64,000 bases of DNA. Origin: Oikopleura dioica (taxonomy: Eukaryota > Animalia > Chordata). A program made the position numbers and the translations under genes. The stretch's first letter is position 1; the number at the start of each line of letters is the position of its first letter. Positions 24,913 to 36,290 of the stretch are shown here, piece after piece. The DNA lies in NCBI GenBank assembly GCA_907165135.1, contig OU015568.1, positions 14,198,001 to 14,262,000 on the forward strand, given 5' to 3'. A model generated the notes under the pieces. The model was not told where the DNA came from and made no database searches. It saw only the letters and a list, made by a program, of their open reading frames with translations.

Positions 24913-26980
24913 ATGACAATCGGCGAGCGCATCGGATTCGTCACCTTGGCCACGACTGACAGCTACGCTGCTGGAGCTCTCGTCCTAGCGCGATCACTTA
25001 GACAAGTCAATACTGTTGCCGAACTCGTCTGCTTGGTAAAACCTCTCTATTATTTTAATTTTTTTATAAATCTCCCTCCTAGGTCAGCAATTCTATCAGT
25101 GAAGGAACTCGAACCCGACTCGCGTCCGAATTCGATGATGTTATCGTTGTTGACGTTCTCAACTCCAACGACGATGCTATGCTCACGCTTTTGAAGCGAC
25201 CAGAGCTTGGTGTCACACTGACAAAGGTACGAAAACCCTCCTCTCTCCCTGTTGAATTTATCTTTTTAAGCTTCATTGCTGGAAACTGACCCAGTATAAT
25301 AAAATGGTATTCCTCGACGCTGACGCCCTGGTCGTCAAGAACATTGACGATCTCTTCCAACGGGAGGAAATCTCCGCTGTTGCCGATTGTGGCTGGCCAA
25401 GTTGCTTCAACTCCGGCGTTTTTGTCTTCAAGCCATCCGTGGACACATTCAACGAGCTGATCGAATTCGCAAAGAACGAGGGAAGCTTTGACGGTGGCGA
25501 TCAAGGCCTCTTGAACGACTTCTTTTCCGATTGGTCCACAAAATCCATCGATAGAATTCTCCCCTTCGGATACAACGTCCACGCCGCCGCTACCTACGCT
25601 TATGTCCCTGCTTTCCGTCGATTCAAAGATCAGGTCAAGGTCGTCCACTTTCTCGGTAGCACCAAGCCCTGGACATCCAAGAATCCACCACAGGGCGAAT
25701 TCTCCCAATTCTGGCAGCTCTGGTGGTCTCTCTACGAGTCCAATAACCAGGCAAAAAGCTCCGAAAACGTCTCCCAGAACACTTCAAACAATAACTCCGT
25801 CGAAACGCCTGTCATGACGCCTTCAGGCTTCGCTGCTGTCGGCCAGAGTCAACCAGGATTCACACCAACTAGCCCTGCCAAAGCTGGATTCGACATTATC
25901 CAGGTACCTTTATTATTTATTTTTGCCGCTAACTGTCGATTTCTAGGACCATTTGAACGCTCAGCTCTCCTCCGAAGCTTCAGAACCCGCTCCAAAGTTC
26001 GACATCAAGCCATCAAAAGTAATGTTCTAAGAAGCGAAACATGTGCAATTTTAACTTGTCTTAACTTTAATAATATGCGGCATATTATATGCCCAATTGT
26101 ATGATCAAATCCGAATATAAAATAATGTGAAAAGACGATTCATTTGATTTTGTCGCAAAAGCATTTTCCACTTGAATTGAGCGATTGAAAAGAGCATGCT
26201 TTGAATCTCCCTTTTGTGGTGTTGTAAAAGTTAACGAATGTTTTCAGCTTGCACGGCCGGTTTTATTCCGAGAGCAGAGTCGCAAATCATCAGAGCCAGA
26301 TTCGGGACACGGATCAGAAGCAGAAGAGAGCAACAAAACTACTCCAAAGTTGAAAGCAAAGCCGAAGTTGATTCTCAAACAAGCAAGCCCTAAACTGCAG
26401 CTGAAATCGAGTCCTCCGATGTTCAAATCAGAGCCAAAACAGACAGCATTTCAGCCACAAGTTCCCCTCAAAACTTCTCAAATCTTGAAGAACGAGAACA
26501 AAATTCAAGAGGAAGAAATCACGGAAACCGTCGTTTTGACCCAACAAAAGTTGGTTCCAGAGCAACCGGAGCTCGTAGAAAGCAGCTTCTCGACTGATGA
26601 ATCTTCTTCTACCCACCCAAACACGTCGGATTATATCGAAGAAGCAAAACGAATCTGCGCCGGAGTTTTCAACAATATCTCGGAGCGGTTTTCCGGCGAA
26701 AAGGGCGAGGTCGAAAGCGAAGATTTCGAAAACGAAGAAAGTCGGGAAAGAGCCAGATCCTACGCGATTGTCGACGATAGAAGTAAGGATCTTTCAAAAG
26801 TCGTTCCAAACTAAGGCATTATTTTTAGGCATCTTGGCTACTGAGCGAGAAGAAGCTCCCATCAGAAAATCACCATCGATGACGGAATTGCTTTTATCGC
26901 AAAACGGCGTCCTCATTTTTGGAATCCTCGGTGCCATCGTCTCCGCTGGATACATGTACTTCCGATACCAATACTCCTAG
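24913..26980 (+). CDS. GYG1: Glycogenin (GT8) with long C-terminal extension and transmembrane tail
   Basis: [77 protein letters not shown] (autoglucosylation Tyr region) and [11 protein letters not shown]. Further GT-AG exons at 26248-26782 and 26829-26980 end [24 protein letters not shown]. Confidence 0.95.
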
Positions 26981-27535
26981 AAACATTGACACTGTCATTC
27001 TTCAACAGACCACCTTTCCCACCGATAGAAAAATGAAACAAGCACGAAACTGAAACAGTTCACAAAGACACAAACCGTTACTTATTCAATAAATAATGTT
27101 AAAAATACCCATCAATCGAAAACTTTCTTCGAGAAAAACCTTTGAAAGGGATTTTGTGTGAAAAACTGGTTTCCGGCTAATCCCCGCCGGAAGAATTTCA
27201 TCAAATAACGGCCTGACAGCTGAAGAATTTAACTATTCGTAGCGCATCGATCCATTCTTTGCCATTCTCATATTCTTAATCCTTCAAAAGGTCATTTTCT
27301 CGTACTTTTTCCTTGTAAAAATAAGATCATCTCCAAGATAATTGATCCTTTTGCGTCGTTTCATTGGCTCAAACAGAGAAATCGCGCTGGTGGATTGGCG
27401 CGGTGGTAGTTCAATAAAGCAGGAAAATGTGCGAAAATAGAGCAATAAAATATAAAAACTCTCTGCATGAGATTTCCGAAACTCCCGCGAAGCGTAAATC
27501 AGGTGCGTAATCAGCATAAAATCTAATCGATTGAT

Positions 27536-27607
27536 CCCGCGCGCCAAACGCAGCGTTTGAATAGCGCGCGCCGCTCCCATTGGCGGATTTGAACGAAATC
27601 AGCCAAT
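27536..27607 (+). promoter_or_regulatory. Cell-cycle-type promoter motifs upstream of Citron (E2F-like, CHR TTTGAA x2, CCAAT x2)
   Basis: CCCGCGCGCCAAA at 27536, TTTGAA at 27556 and 27588 (the second follows TGGCGG), ATTGG near 27579 and CCAAT near 27603. Confidence 0.4.
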
Positions 27608-27703
27608 ACAACCGTGACGAGGCTGCAGGCGCTGTATTTGGCCGACAATTATTACTCGCAATTTTCGTCTAATTTTTGAATCACCGGAATTCTGAAATTC
27701 AGA

Positions 27704-30700
27704 ATGTCGGACTCAGAGAGGGATAAACTTATTGAATCAATCTGCAGATTAAAAGCGGAAAGAGATCAACTCAGAAAGAAAGAAGAAAAATGGACTCAAG
27801 AACGAGACAGAGTAAAAAAGGTAAGAATGATAGAAAATTCCTCAAATAACAGTAAACTAGGGAATGAGAGAGATGGTCGACAAAGAAATGGCGAAAAGAG
27901 CAGAGACAAAACGAAAGTATGAGGCGAGAATCAGTCAACTGCTAGAAACCATTGAAGCTGAGAAAGAAAATTTCTCGGGAAAGCAAGCTGAATTCTCAAA
28001 CTATCAAAGAAAATTGAGAGAGCAAAGTCTTGAACTGGAGAAAACAAAGTAAATGCAACTCATTTTTAAGTCCCTTGACCATTTTTAGCAACGACAAGAA
28101 TCAGCTCAACAGGCAGATTTCCCAGCTTCAAGATGAAATCGATCAGCACGAGCAAGACTTGCGCGATTTCCAAACGCTTCAGAAAGACTACAAATCGCTA
28201 GAAAATAGAAACATCCGTCTGCAGTCAAAGCTCGACGAGATCAACGCCATAAAACGCGAAAGAGATGAACTCTCCCAAAATCTGCTCGTCTCCGAAGCCG
28301 AAGCCCGTTCAAAACGCGAACAACTCGAAAAGTTGCGCAACGAACTTGACGTAGCCAAAGCAAAGTGTGTGAAAATCAAGTCAGAATACGATTCCGTCAT
28401 CAAAAAAGAACGCGCCAACGTCGAGAACAGAAATGAAGCGATCATCCGAGAATTCGAGCAGCAAATCAACGAGTTGGAAAATACAATCGACGAGCAAAAT
28501 CGCGATCTGAAGCAGCTCCAAGCTCAAGTGCGGCAAATATCGCAAGAGTCCGACGAATATCAATCTCAACTGGCGATGGCGAACGAGAAGATTCAATCGC
28601 TCGAGTGGGATTATAAACAATCAAAAAAGGAGCTAGAATCGATGAAGCGCAAGGAGTCGAGCCAGGCGCAGAATTTGGAGCACAAAATCAGCGAAATTGA
28701 AGACGAGCGAGATGTTCTCATGGCGAATCTGAACGCGAAAAACAGCGAAATGGCGCAACTCAAGACCATCTTGACGAACACCGAGGATGACCGAAACGAT
28801 CTGGTTCGCCAGTTGAGCGCGGCGAGGGAAGAACACGCGCAGCTGAGAAGAGAGCACGACTCAAGACAAAAGAAAGATGTCGAATCTGAAGCTAGCCAGA
28901 AACTACGCTTGGACGAGCTTAAAATTGAGAATCAGAGACTGAACAGGGATATCGAGTCCTTGTCCCAGCAACTTGACGACAAAGAACACGATGTCGCGGA
29001 CTTGAGAATCAGCTGCGAGGAAAAACAATCCCAAGTTGAAGACCTTCAAGATCGCCTGCGAAACGCAGAAGATAACCAGCGTCAACGAGCTCTAGAAGTG
29101 TCAAGAATCGAACAAAACCGAGAAGCAGATCGGCTCCAGAGCCAGCTTGATCTAAAAAACGCCGATTTACGCCGGGCAATCGAGCAAGAGTCTCGTCTGC
29201 AAACTAAATTAGACACTCTTCAATCTGATTACGAGTTGCTTCTCAGCCAAGTCGAAGACAGGGACACAGAACTGGAAAATATAAGATCACAGATGGTCTC
29301 GTTAGAAGCTGAGCGAGACGATCTTCTTCTAACCGTCTCCCAGCAAGATGCGTCGAAAAAGAGTGACGATGCAGAAACTAAGAAAGAGGCTAGAAGAGAG
29401 CTAGAAAGCGCCAGACGAGAATTCAAAAATGAAAAGGACTTGCTGCGAAGAGAAATCGTCCAGCTAGATCGACAAGTTGTTACGCTCAAAGAAAACTACA
29501 GAAAACTAGAGACAGAGCATGCGGAAGAAAGAGATGAGTCCCAACGACTTCGACAAGAACTACTTCGCGCAAATGACAACTCAGGCGATGTGCAAGCCAA
29601 AGCCGATCAGATCAGCGCGTTGAAGATAAAAATGCGCGTTCTTGAGCAAGAAAAGGCGACTCTGATGGAAGCTGTAGATGGAATGGAAGATGAGGTTAAT
29701 GGAAAAGAGTCTGAGATTCAAAAACTTCAGCACGAGATTCGTCTTGGCGAGAAAGAACGAAAGAACTTCGAAAAAATCGTGATTGAAGAAAGGGCAAGAG
29801 CAGAGGCGGTCGAAGCTGAATTCAATGTGCGAAATCGTCGAACAAACGATGATGACCTAAAGATAGAAACGCTTGAGGAAGAAATCGAACAGCTAGAAAG
29901 ACGATTCGGCCGTGAACGCGAAAAACTCACTCAAGAAAACGAACTCCTTTCAGCGCAGAACAGGGATTTGCAGAAAAAACTTCAGCGAAAAGACCGCGAA
30001 ATAATTGAAGCAGAGGATGAGAGACTCGGTCAGATTGAGGAGTCAGATCAACAAGTGGTTGAACTCATGAAAAAGTTAAAAAGCGAGCGTGCAAAGCGAG
30101 ATCTGATGGAGCAGGAGTTTCAAAAGTACGAGCGTGATCATCTTGAATCCGTGCGAGCTATGAAACTTGATCAAGCAACTGCGATGGAGCATTTTAAAGA
30201 AACCAAAAAGCTTCAGAAAGAGATCGATCAGCTAACCGGACAAGTTCTCGCTGAGCGCGAGAAAAACAACCAATTCAAGCACGAGAACAGCGACTTGAAG
30301 ATAGACCAAGAGCGCAACCGACAGATCAATCATCAGCAAGCGAAGCTTATTGAAATGCTCCAAAGGCAGAATGAAGAACTCACCCCGAAGAAGCTAAAAA
30401 AGAAGAATAAAGGAATGACTCCTAATTATGCCCCGCCTCCACTCTACAAAGACCTCGAGAAGCAAATTGATCAATTGCGAGTTGAGAATTCCAAGCTCAA
30501 ATCTAAGCTCTATGGTTCCAATACAGATCTTGACAAGATTCCTACAAAAGCGAAGCTTTCAAGTAAATCACGAGAAGCATCTCCAAGTAAACCTCCTCGA
30601 TCATTTGCAGAAAAACTCAACATTCGCAAATCTATCTCACCAATGGATCCTTTCCCAGCTTCATATGTCGGCTTATGTGCTGTGTCCAGCCTGCCTGTTT

Positions 30701-32472
30701 ACATCGGAGACATGATTGTCAAAAAAAAGCTGGTCTAATCGCGCACGAGCGCTTTTCAAATGAGTTCACGTTCCTACTAAGCAATTCCAAAAAAGGAAAG
30801 AAGGACCGGAACTTCAATGGAAACCTCCTTTACCTGTACAGGGGCGAATGGGCTAGAGTCACTGGTCGAGTAGAAGGCACCTCGCTTGTTCTCGCAGGTG
30901 ACTCGTTTGAAGAAGCAATTGATCTAAAATCCAACATTGCTCTTCACGGCGCAGTCTGCTTCGATCACGTGAAATTCATGGCAGAAGTTGATCACGAATT
31001 CTGCTTCGGAATCGAGCACATTCCAGCTTCGTTCGGTTCCAAGTACCGCCCTGAAATGGAGTACTTCTGCGCTCTGAACCTTTCCGATAAACAGAACTGG
31101 TTCGAGACATTGAAAGATATCGTCAATTCTCCGCCGAGTTTACCTGCAAACGATCATAACAAGTTCGACGTTCAAAAAGTTCATTCGTTCCAAGATAAAA
31201 TTCCTGATATTTGTTGCAGTACTCAGGTAACCCTTATTTATTCGATAAAAACTAACTTTGCATAAGATCGATGGATATACCCTCATTGGCTCAACAGACA
31301 ACCTTCTGGCGACAGACGGCAAAACCATTGTCGTCGCATCCAAAGCGCCGATAGTTGAGTTGGAGTCCTTCGAAGATCTCGTATTTGGAATAGGTTACAG
31401 AGAGCGATATCCAGTCTTTTTCTACGCCGACGGAGTCCGAAGTCTTATTCGAAGCAAAGTTCAAATCACATTCAACAGAATAACAAAAGAAAGAGTTCAC
31501 GTTATCAAGGCAGGACGATATCAAGGAAAATATGCTCTTGCTGCCGCATTCAACACGTAAATAATCTGGAAAAACTCATCAAGCTCAATTTGTTTTTAGG
31601 ACAATCAAGCTCTTCCAGTTCTCTAAACAGCACGCGCTTGATAAAGAGTACGAAGTCCTCGAAGTTCTCCGCGTCAAACTTGACAGTGCTCCATCATCAC
31701 TTGCCTTTTCCTCAAGCTCATTGATCTGCGGAACCGACAGAATCATCGAAGTCGACTTCCATAAACAAACAGCTGAACCGTATCTTGCCGAGTCCGAGCT
31801 TCGCAAAACCCACCAAGAGAAGCCTATTGATATGTTTGCGCTTTATGATGGAGGAAAGGTAGAAAATAACGATTTTAATAGAAAACTTATCGTATTCAAG
31901 GAGCGGCATCTAATCTGTGGGCAACATGGAGGATACTTAGTAGACAACTGCGGCCGAATCGTCCAGCGAATCAACTGGTCATCCCTTCCACTCGACTTCA
32001 AGTACTCCGAACCCTACCTCTTCGTATCCCACATGTTCGGCATCGAACTCGTGAAGATCGGCATTGCACAAGTTTCCCAGCCGATCATTCTATCTTCCTT
32101 CCGGCCGAGACTTTTGGGCGTGGCAGGCGAAGGACAGGTAACATGATGATTCCTCGGCAACTAATAATCATTATTTATTCAGCTCATATTGCTCTCGCGT
32201 CCGTATGGAGAGAAGCGGTCCGCCTCGGCGACGGTGAAAATTTTATCCGGCACTGAAGAGATCGAATATGACGAAGCCATCAGTGGCCCAAGTTCGCTAA
32301 ACTCCCACATCGGCCTAGCTTACAGACCATCTAGGTATTGTCAAAAATAAGCATCAGCCATTCAAATATATTCAGAGCATACCGACAAACCGCTCCAAGG
32401 ATCGAGCCTCGGTTCGAGCTCCAAAATGAAACCACTTCCTCGGGCATGATGGAATACTCTGTCTACCGATAA
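27704..32472 (+). CDS. CIT: Citron (CIT)-like protein without kinase domain: coiled coil, degenerate C1, PH, CNH
   Basis: About 900 aa of coiled coil. HQQAKLIEMLQ...KKK...PPLYKDLEKQI resembles the Citron QQTKLIDFLQ...KKKK...PLQYNELK segment. PH domain ends ...KQNWFETLKDIV and a CNH domain follows over several exons. Reading-frame break at the A8 run 30721-30728. Confidence 0.85.
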
Positions 32473-32691
32473 AAGGGAACATACCTACTTTACTCAATTT
32501 ATTTTCCTTATTTTTATTGACCTCACTTCACCTTCCCTTTCCTGCTTCTAGGAACTGCCTTACACCCTTCACATTCCACAGCAAACTTATTTTTTTCCCA
32601 GAAATTGTTCTATCCAACTTTAATTGCGAATATCCTATGCAGAGCACTCTTCATTTCAGCAGCCTCATAAAATTATTGAATTTAGAATGCA

Positions 32692-34260
32692 ATGAATAGA
32701 CAAGGACCCGAATGGGAACGAAAACAGACAGCAAAAACTTATAAAAAGTATGAGACTGGAATTCCCGGTTCGGATGACGAAGATGAATGTAAGTAAAAAC
32801 ATCCCGCTATTGGTAAGAATTTTTTTTTTCAGTGATATCCACTGAGGGTAAAGTTCCAGATCAATTCGGATTCTTTCAATCTCAACGATACAAACAAAAT
32901 GAGGCCAAGATACTTAACTCGAACAAGCGGACTACGAGCAGAAGAGAGAAGAAATGGCAAAAGATGCTCAGAAAATACGATCGGAGTTTGACCAAGAAAC
33001 TTCCCGATAGAGTGTTCAAAGGTGTTCCCAACAGTGTTCGGCGTGAGTATTGGATGGCAGCTCTTGATCCAATTTCGTTGAAGCAAGATTACAACCAAAA
33101 GGGAGCTCAATTCAAGCACCTGTATAAAAGTAAAAAGGACGATGTCGAAGTCGTCCGCCAAATCGACCTGGACATCAAGCGTACTTGGCGTCTTCACCAG
33201 AAATTCTTCAAACCATATAGCCAGGATCAACGCTCCTGCTTTAGGATACTGCTTGCTTATGCTGCGCTAGACCAACAAGTCGCTTATTGCCAGGGAATGA
33301 GTCAAATTGCAGCTTTATTTATGATCGTCCTCCAGGACGAAGAATATGCATTCTGGTCGCTTGTAGCGATTATGAACCAAGACCCATGGAGTCAAAGGGG
33401 CATGTTCAAACCTGGATTTCCCAAGCTCAACCTTTTCTGCGCCTACTGGGATAACACCCTTCAAAAGCACCTTTCAAAGGTCTACAATCATCTCGAAGCT
33501 GAAACGCTGATATCCCAAATTTACCTGACAAAGTGGCTCCTACAAAACTTTCTTGATCGGCTTCCCTTTCGTCTTGCAATCCGATTGTGGGATTGCTTTA
33601 TGCTCAAAGGAGACGTCGTCGTTTTAGCAGCGACTTTTGTTCTCTTCAAACTCAACCAGAAGAAAATCTTGCGAATGAGCTTTGAAGATCTGACGCCCTT
33701 CCTGCAAAATGATATCTGCAATTTGACCATTCCTGATGACACGTTTTTTCAACAAATTAAAAAAGGTACGTTTTCCAAAATCTTTCGAGCTAATCAAGTA
33801 AATAAGCCATTCCCTAATTCGCGCAATGATGACCAACCAGCAACGGTCAGAACTTCCTCCTTTCGATCGAACAAAATCACTCCCCACTCGGTCGAGGCCT
33901 GAACCGCAGCCGAGCAATCGAAGTAAAATAAAAACCCGTAAGTTTTTCAACTAAATTTCTGTCTTCAAAGTATTCCTAGTGGACATAAAAGTCTCTCCCA
34001 CTATTACCTCCATGCCAAAGCAACCGATAGATCCCATCGAAACTCCTGTGCCAAAAGTCCGCCAAAAGAGACCTAAAAACGATTCTAAAACGACCATTCA
34101 AAGTCCCAAATCACCGTCAAAGACATCTACGACCACTGTATCTTCATCGAACGGCTACCACTTTGATTCATCGAAGGTAAAATGGGAAATACATCTTTGA
34201 AAAACAGACAAGAGAGCCAAAAATGTGTAGAAGTCAATTTGTTTCAAGTTGATTGGATGA
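32692..34260 (+). CDS. USP6NL: TBC-domain Rab GAP, USP6NL/RN-tre family
   Basis: DQFGFF, KWQKML, RVFKGVPNSVRREYW, IDLDIKRT (catalytic Arg), YCQGMSQIAALF (catalytic Gln), EEYAFWSL, GFPKL, LAIRLWDCFMLKG. The 3' end is approximate. Confidence 0.88.
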
Positions 34261-34769
34261 AATCTTAAAAGTAAGGTATTTTGATAGAGGTTAGAAAGAA
34301 AGTCTGCTTGTAGCTTGATGTAGCTGTGTTTGTGAAGTAGAAGAGCTTAATAATAGTGTAGTGTTCTGTGAATTTTTAACAGATGAATTAGCATAGACTT
34401 ATTCATTGAAAGCTTTTCTTAATGTTTTATGAATTTAACGATTTTCTAGCCCGTAAAACGAGTGGAAGTGATGCCGACAAAGATTCAAGCGAACTCGTTT
34501 CTAAAACATTCGCACCACTACGAAGAACTAATTCAGAACAAGATTCTCGATGAAACACACAGTCCGAGTGGAAGTCGCGAGTCTCGACGATCAACTCATC
34601 TGTGAAACCTCCACAAATTAACATTATCAAAGTAAACCTATTTTTCGCTCCATTTGTCCCAGTCTGTCAAACATTCGTCTCCGCGCAACTTGTATCATTT
34701 CTGTAAACTTTCATTTATTAATTATTTATCTAACGAAGAACTTTTATTTACTTGTTATAGACAGGAAGA

Positions 34770-36209
34770 ATGGCGAATAGAACGGTAAAAGGGGCGAATA
34801 CGATTAAGGGAACGAACCCTCAGTTCCTGATCGAAAAGATCATCAGATCCAGAATTTATGAATCTCGATACTGGAAAGAGGAATGCTTCGCTCTTACTGC
34901 AGAGCTTCTTGTTGACAAAGCGCTTGAATTAAAGGTAGTTGCCCCTCTTTTATTTTATTGACCAAGGTGTTTAGTATGTTGGTGGAACAACAGCTGCGCA
35001 TGTGAAGCCTACTCCGTTCCTGTGCCTCCTTTGTAAAATGCTCCAGATTCAGCCAGAAAAAGACATCGTCATTGAGTTCATAAAACAAGATGAGTTCAAA
35101 TATGTGCGTTGCTTGGGCGCTATGTATCTCCGACCAGGGCTCGAATAAATAAGACTCAGCGCTGACACTTTTCGCGGTGATTCATCCTCGCGGTGTCGGC
35201 TGAGGCGACACCGCTCTTCGACCGAGTCGGGCCCCTGACACCATTTTTCTGATTCACAAGCTTTCTTAGTTTGATTTTGATCCTCGCCGACCCAGCCCGG
35301 CTCGCGTCGCTCTCCCTTGTTCATTATCACTTTTATGATCGAAAAATTTTCAGTGTCACACTGTGTCAGGGGCTGACACCGAGCTGGTGTCGCCTCGGAT
35401 GACACCGTCGCGATGAGTTGGCAAGGCGCGCGACTCAAAAAGAATGAATCAGCGTAAAAGTGTCAACTCCGAGTCTTATTTTTTCGAGCCCTGTCTCCGA
35501 CTTACCGGCAACTCGGTTGAATGTGAGCCAAATAAATATTTTCTCCCAATAATTATGTTCTCAGGCTATAAATACTTGGAAGAGCTTCTCGCGGATTTTA
35601 GAAGAATTAAAACGATGAATAAAATGGGCGCATTCCAAGTCAGTCATATTGACGAATTCATTGACTCTCTTTTAATCGAGGTGAGTTATTTGGCATTTAC
35701 TGATGATAGCTTGAGAGTTTAGGATCGAGTTTGCGAAGTAATCCTCCCGCGTTTGCAAAAACGAGCTGTTTTAGAAGAACAAGGACTTTTGAAGCCCCGG
35801 TGGAGCGCGTTAGAACAAGATCTTGAAGAAATGGATAAAGAAGAAGAGGCTCAACGAATGGTTAACTTTGACCGTGAATAATTGAAGGAATGCTTTTTTA
35901 GGCTGCAGAACTCGCAAAGGAAGAGGAAGGCTATGAATCACCAGTTCCATCCCCACCGAGAAAAGAAAAGAAAGAGAAGAAAGAGAAAAAGTCTAAAAAG
36001 GAAAAGAAACACAAGAAATATAAAGATCTCGATGCTCCTGAGGAGTCTTCAAGACGCCGGTATGGCCGAATATCCCAATAGTCTTAATAAAAATCTCTTT
36101 TTCCAGCTCTCGTTCTCGAGATAGATCCCGAGATCGCGATCGAGACCGACGTCGAAAGCGATCTAAGACACCCGAAAGCCGTCGTCGAAAATACTCTGAC
36201 TCTAACTAA
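34770..36209 (+). CDS. PRPF38A: Pre-mRNA splicing factor PRP38A, interrupted by a MITE in exon 2
   Basis: MANRTVKGANTIKGTNPQFLIEKIIRSRIYESRYWKEECF, KPTPFLCLLCKMLQIQPEKDIV, LGAMYLR//LTGNSVECYKYLE, SHIDEFIDSLL, DRVCEVILPRLQKR and a K/RS-rich tail. Confidence 0.96.
35135..35493. mobile_element. 359-bp MITE (hAT-like) with about 53-bp TIRs and 8-bp TSD TCTCCGAC
   Basis: Left end CAGGGCTCGAATAAATAAGACTC and right end GAGTCTTATTTTTTCGAGCCCTG. TCTCCGAC occurs at 35127-35134 and 35494-35501. Additional internal inverted repeats. Confidence 0.93.
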
Positions 36210-36290
36210 ATATTTCTTGCAATATCGTACTGCCACATGTCATCGAAATATCTCCATTCATCCCTCTATTTTCAGAGAAAAATCTTAAAA

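Noticed and set aside
25079-25708. Long antisense ORFs (also 55436-56257, 41365-42090, 7708-8163)
   Set aside because: Shadow frames of glycogenin, aconitase, annexin and Meis coding exons.
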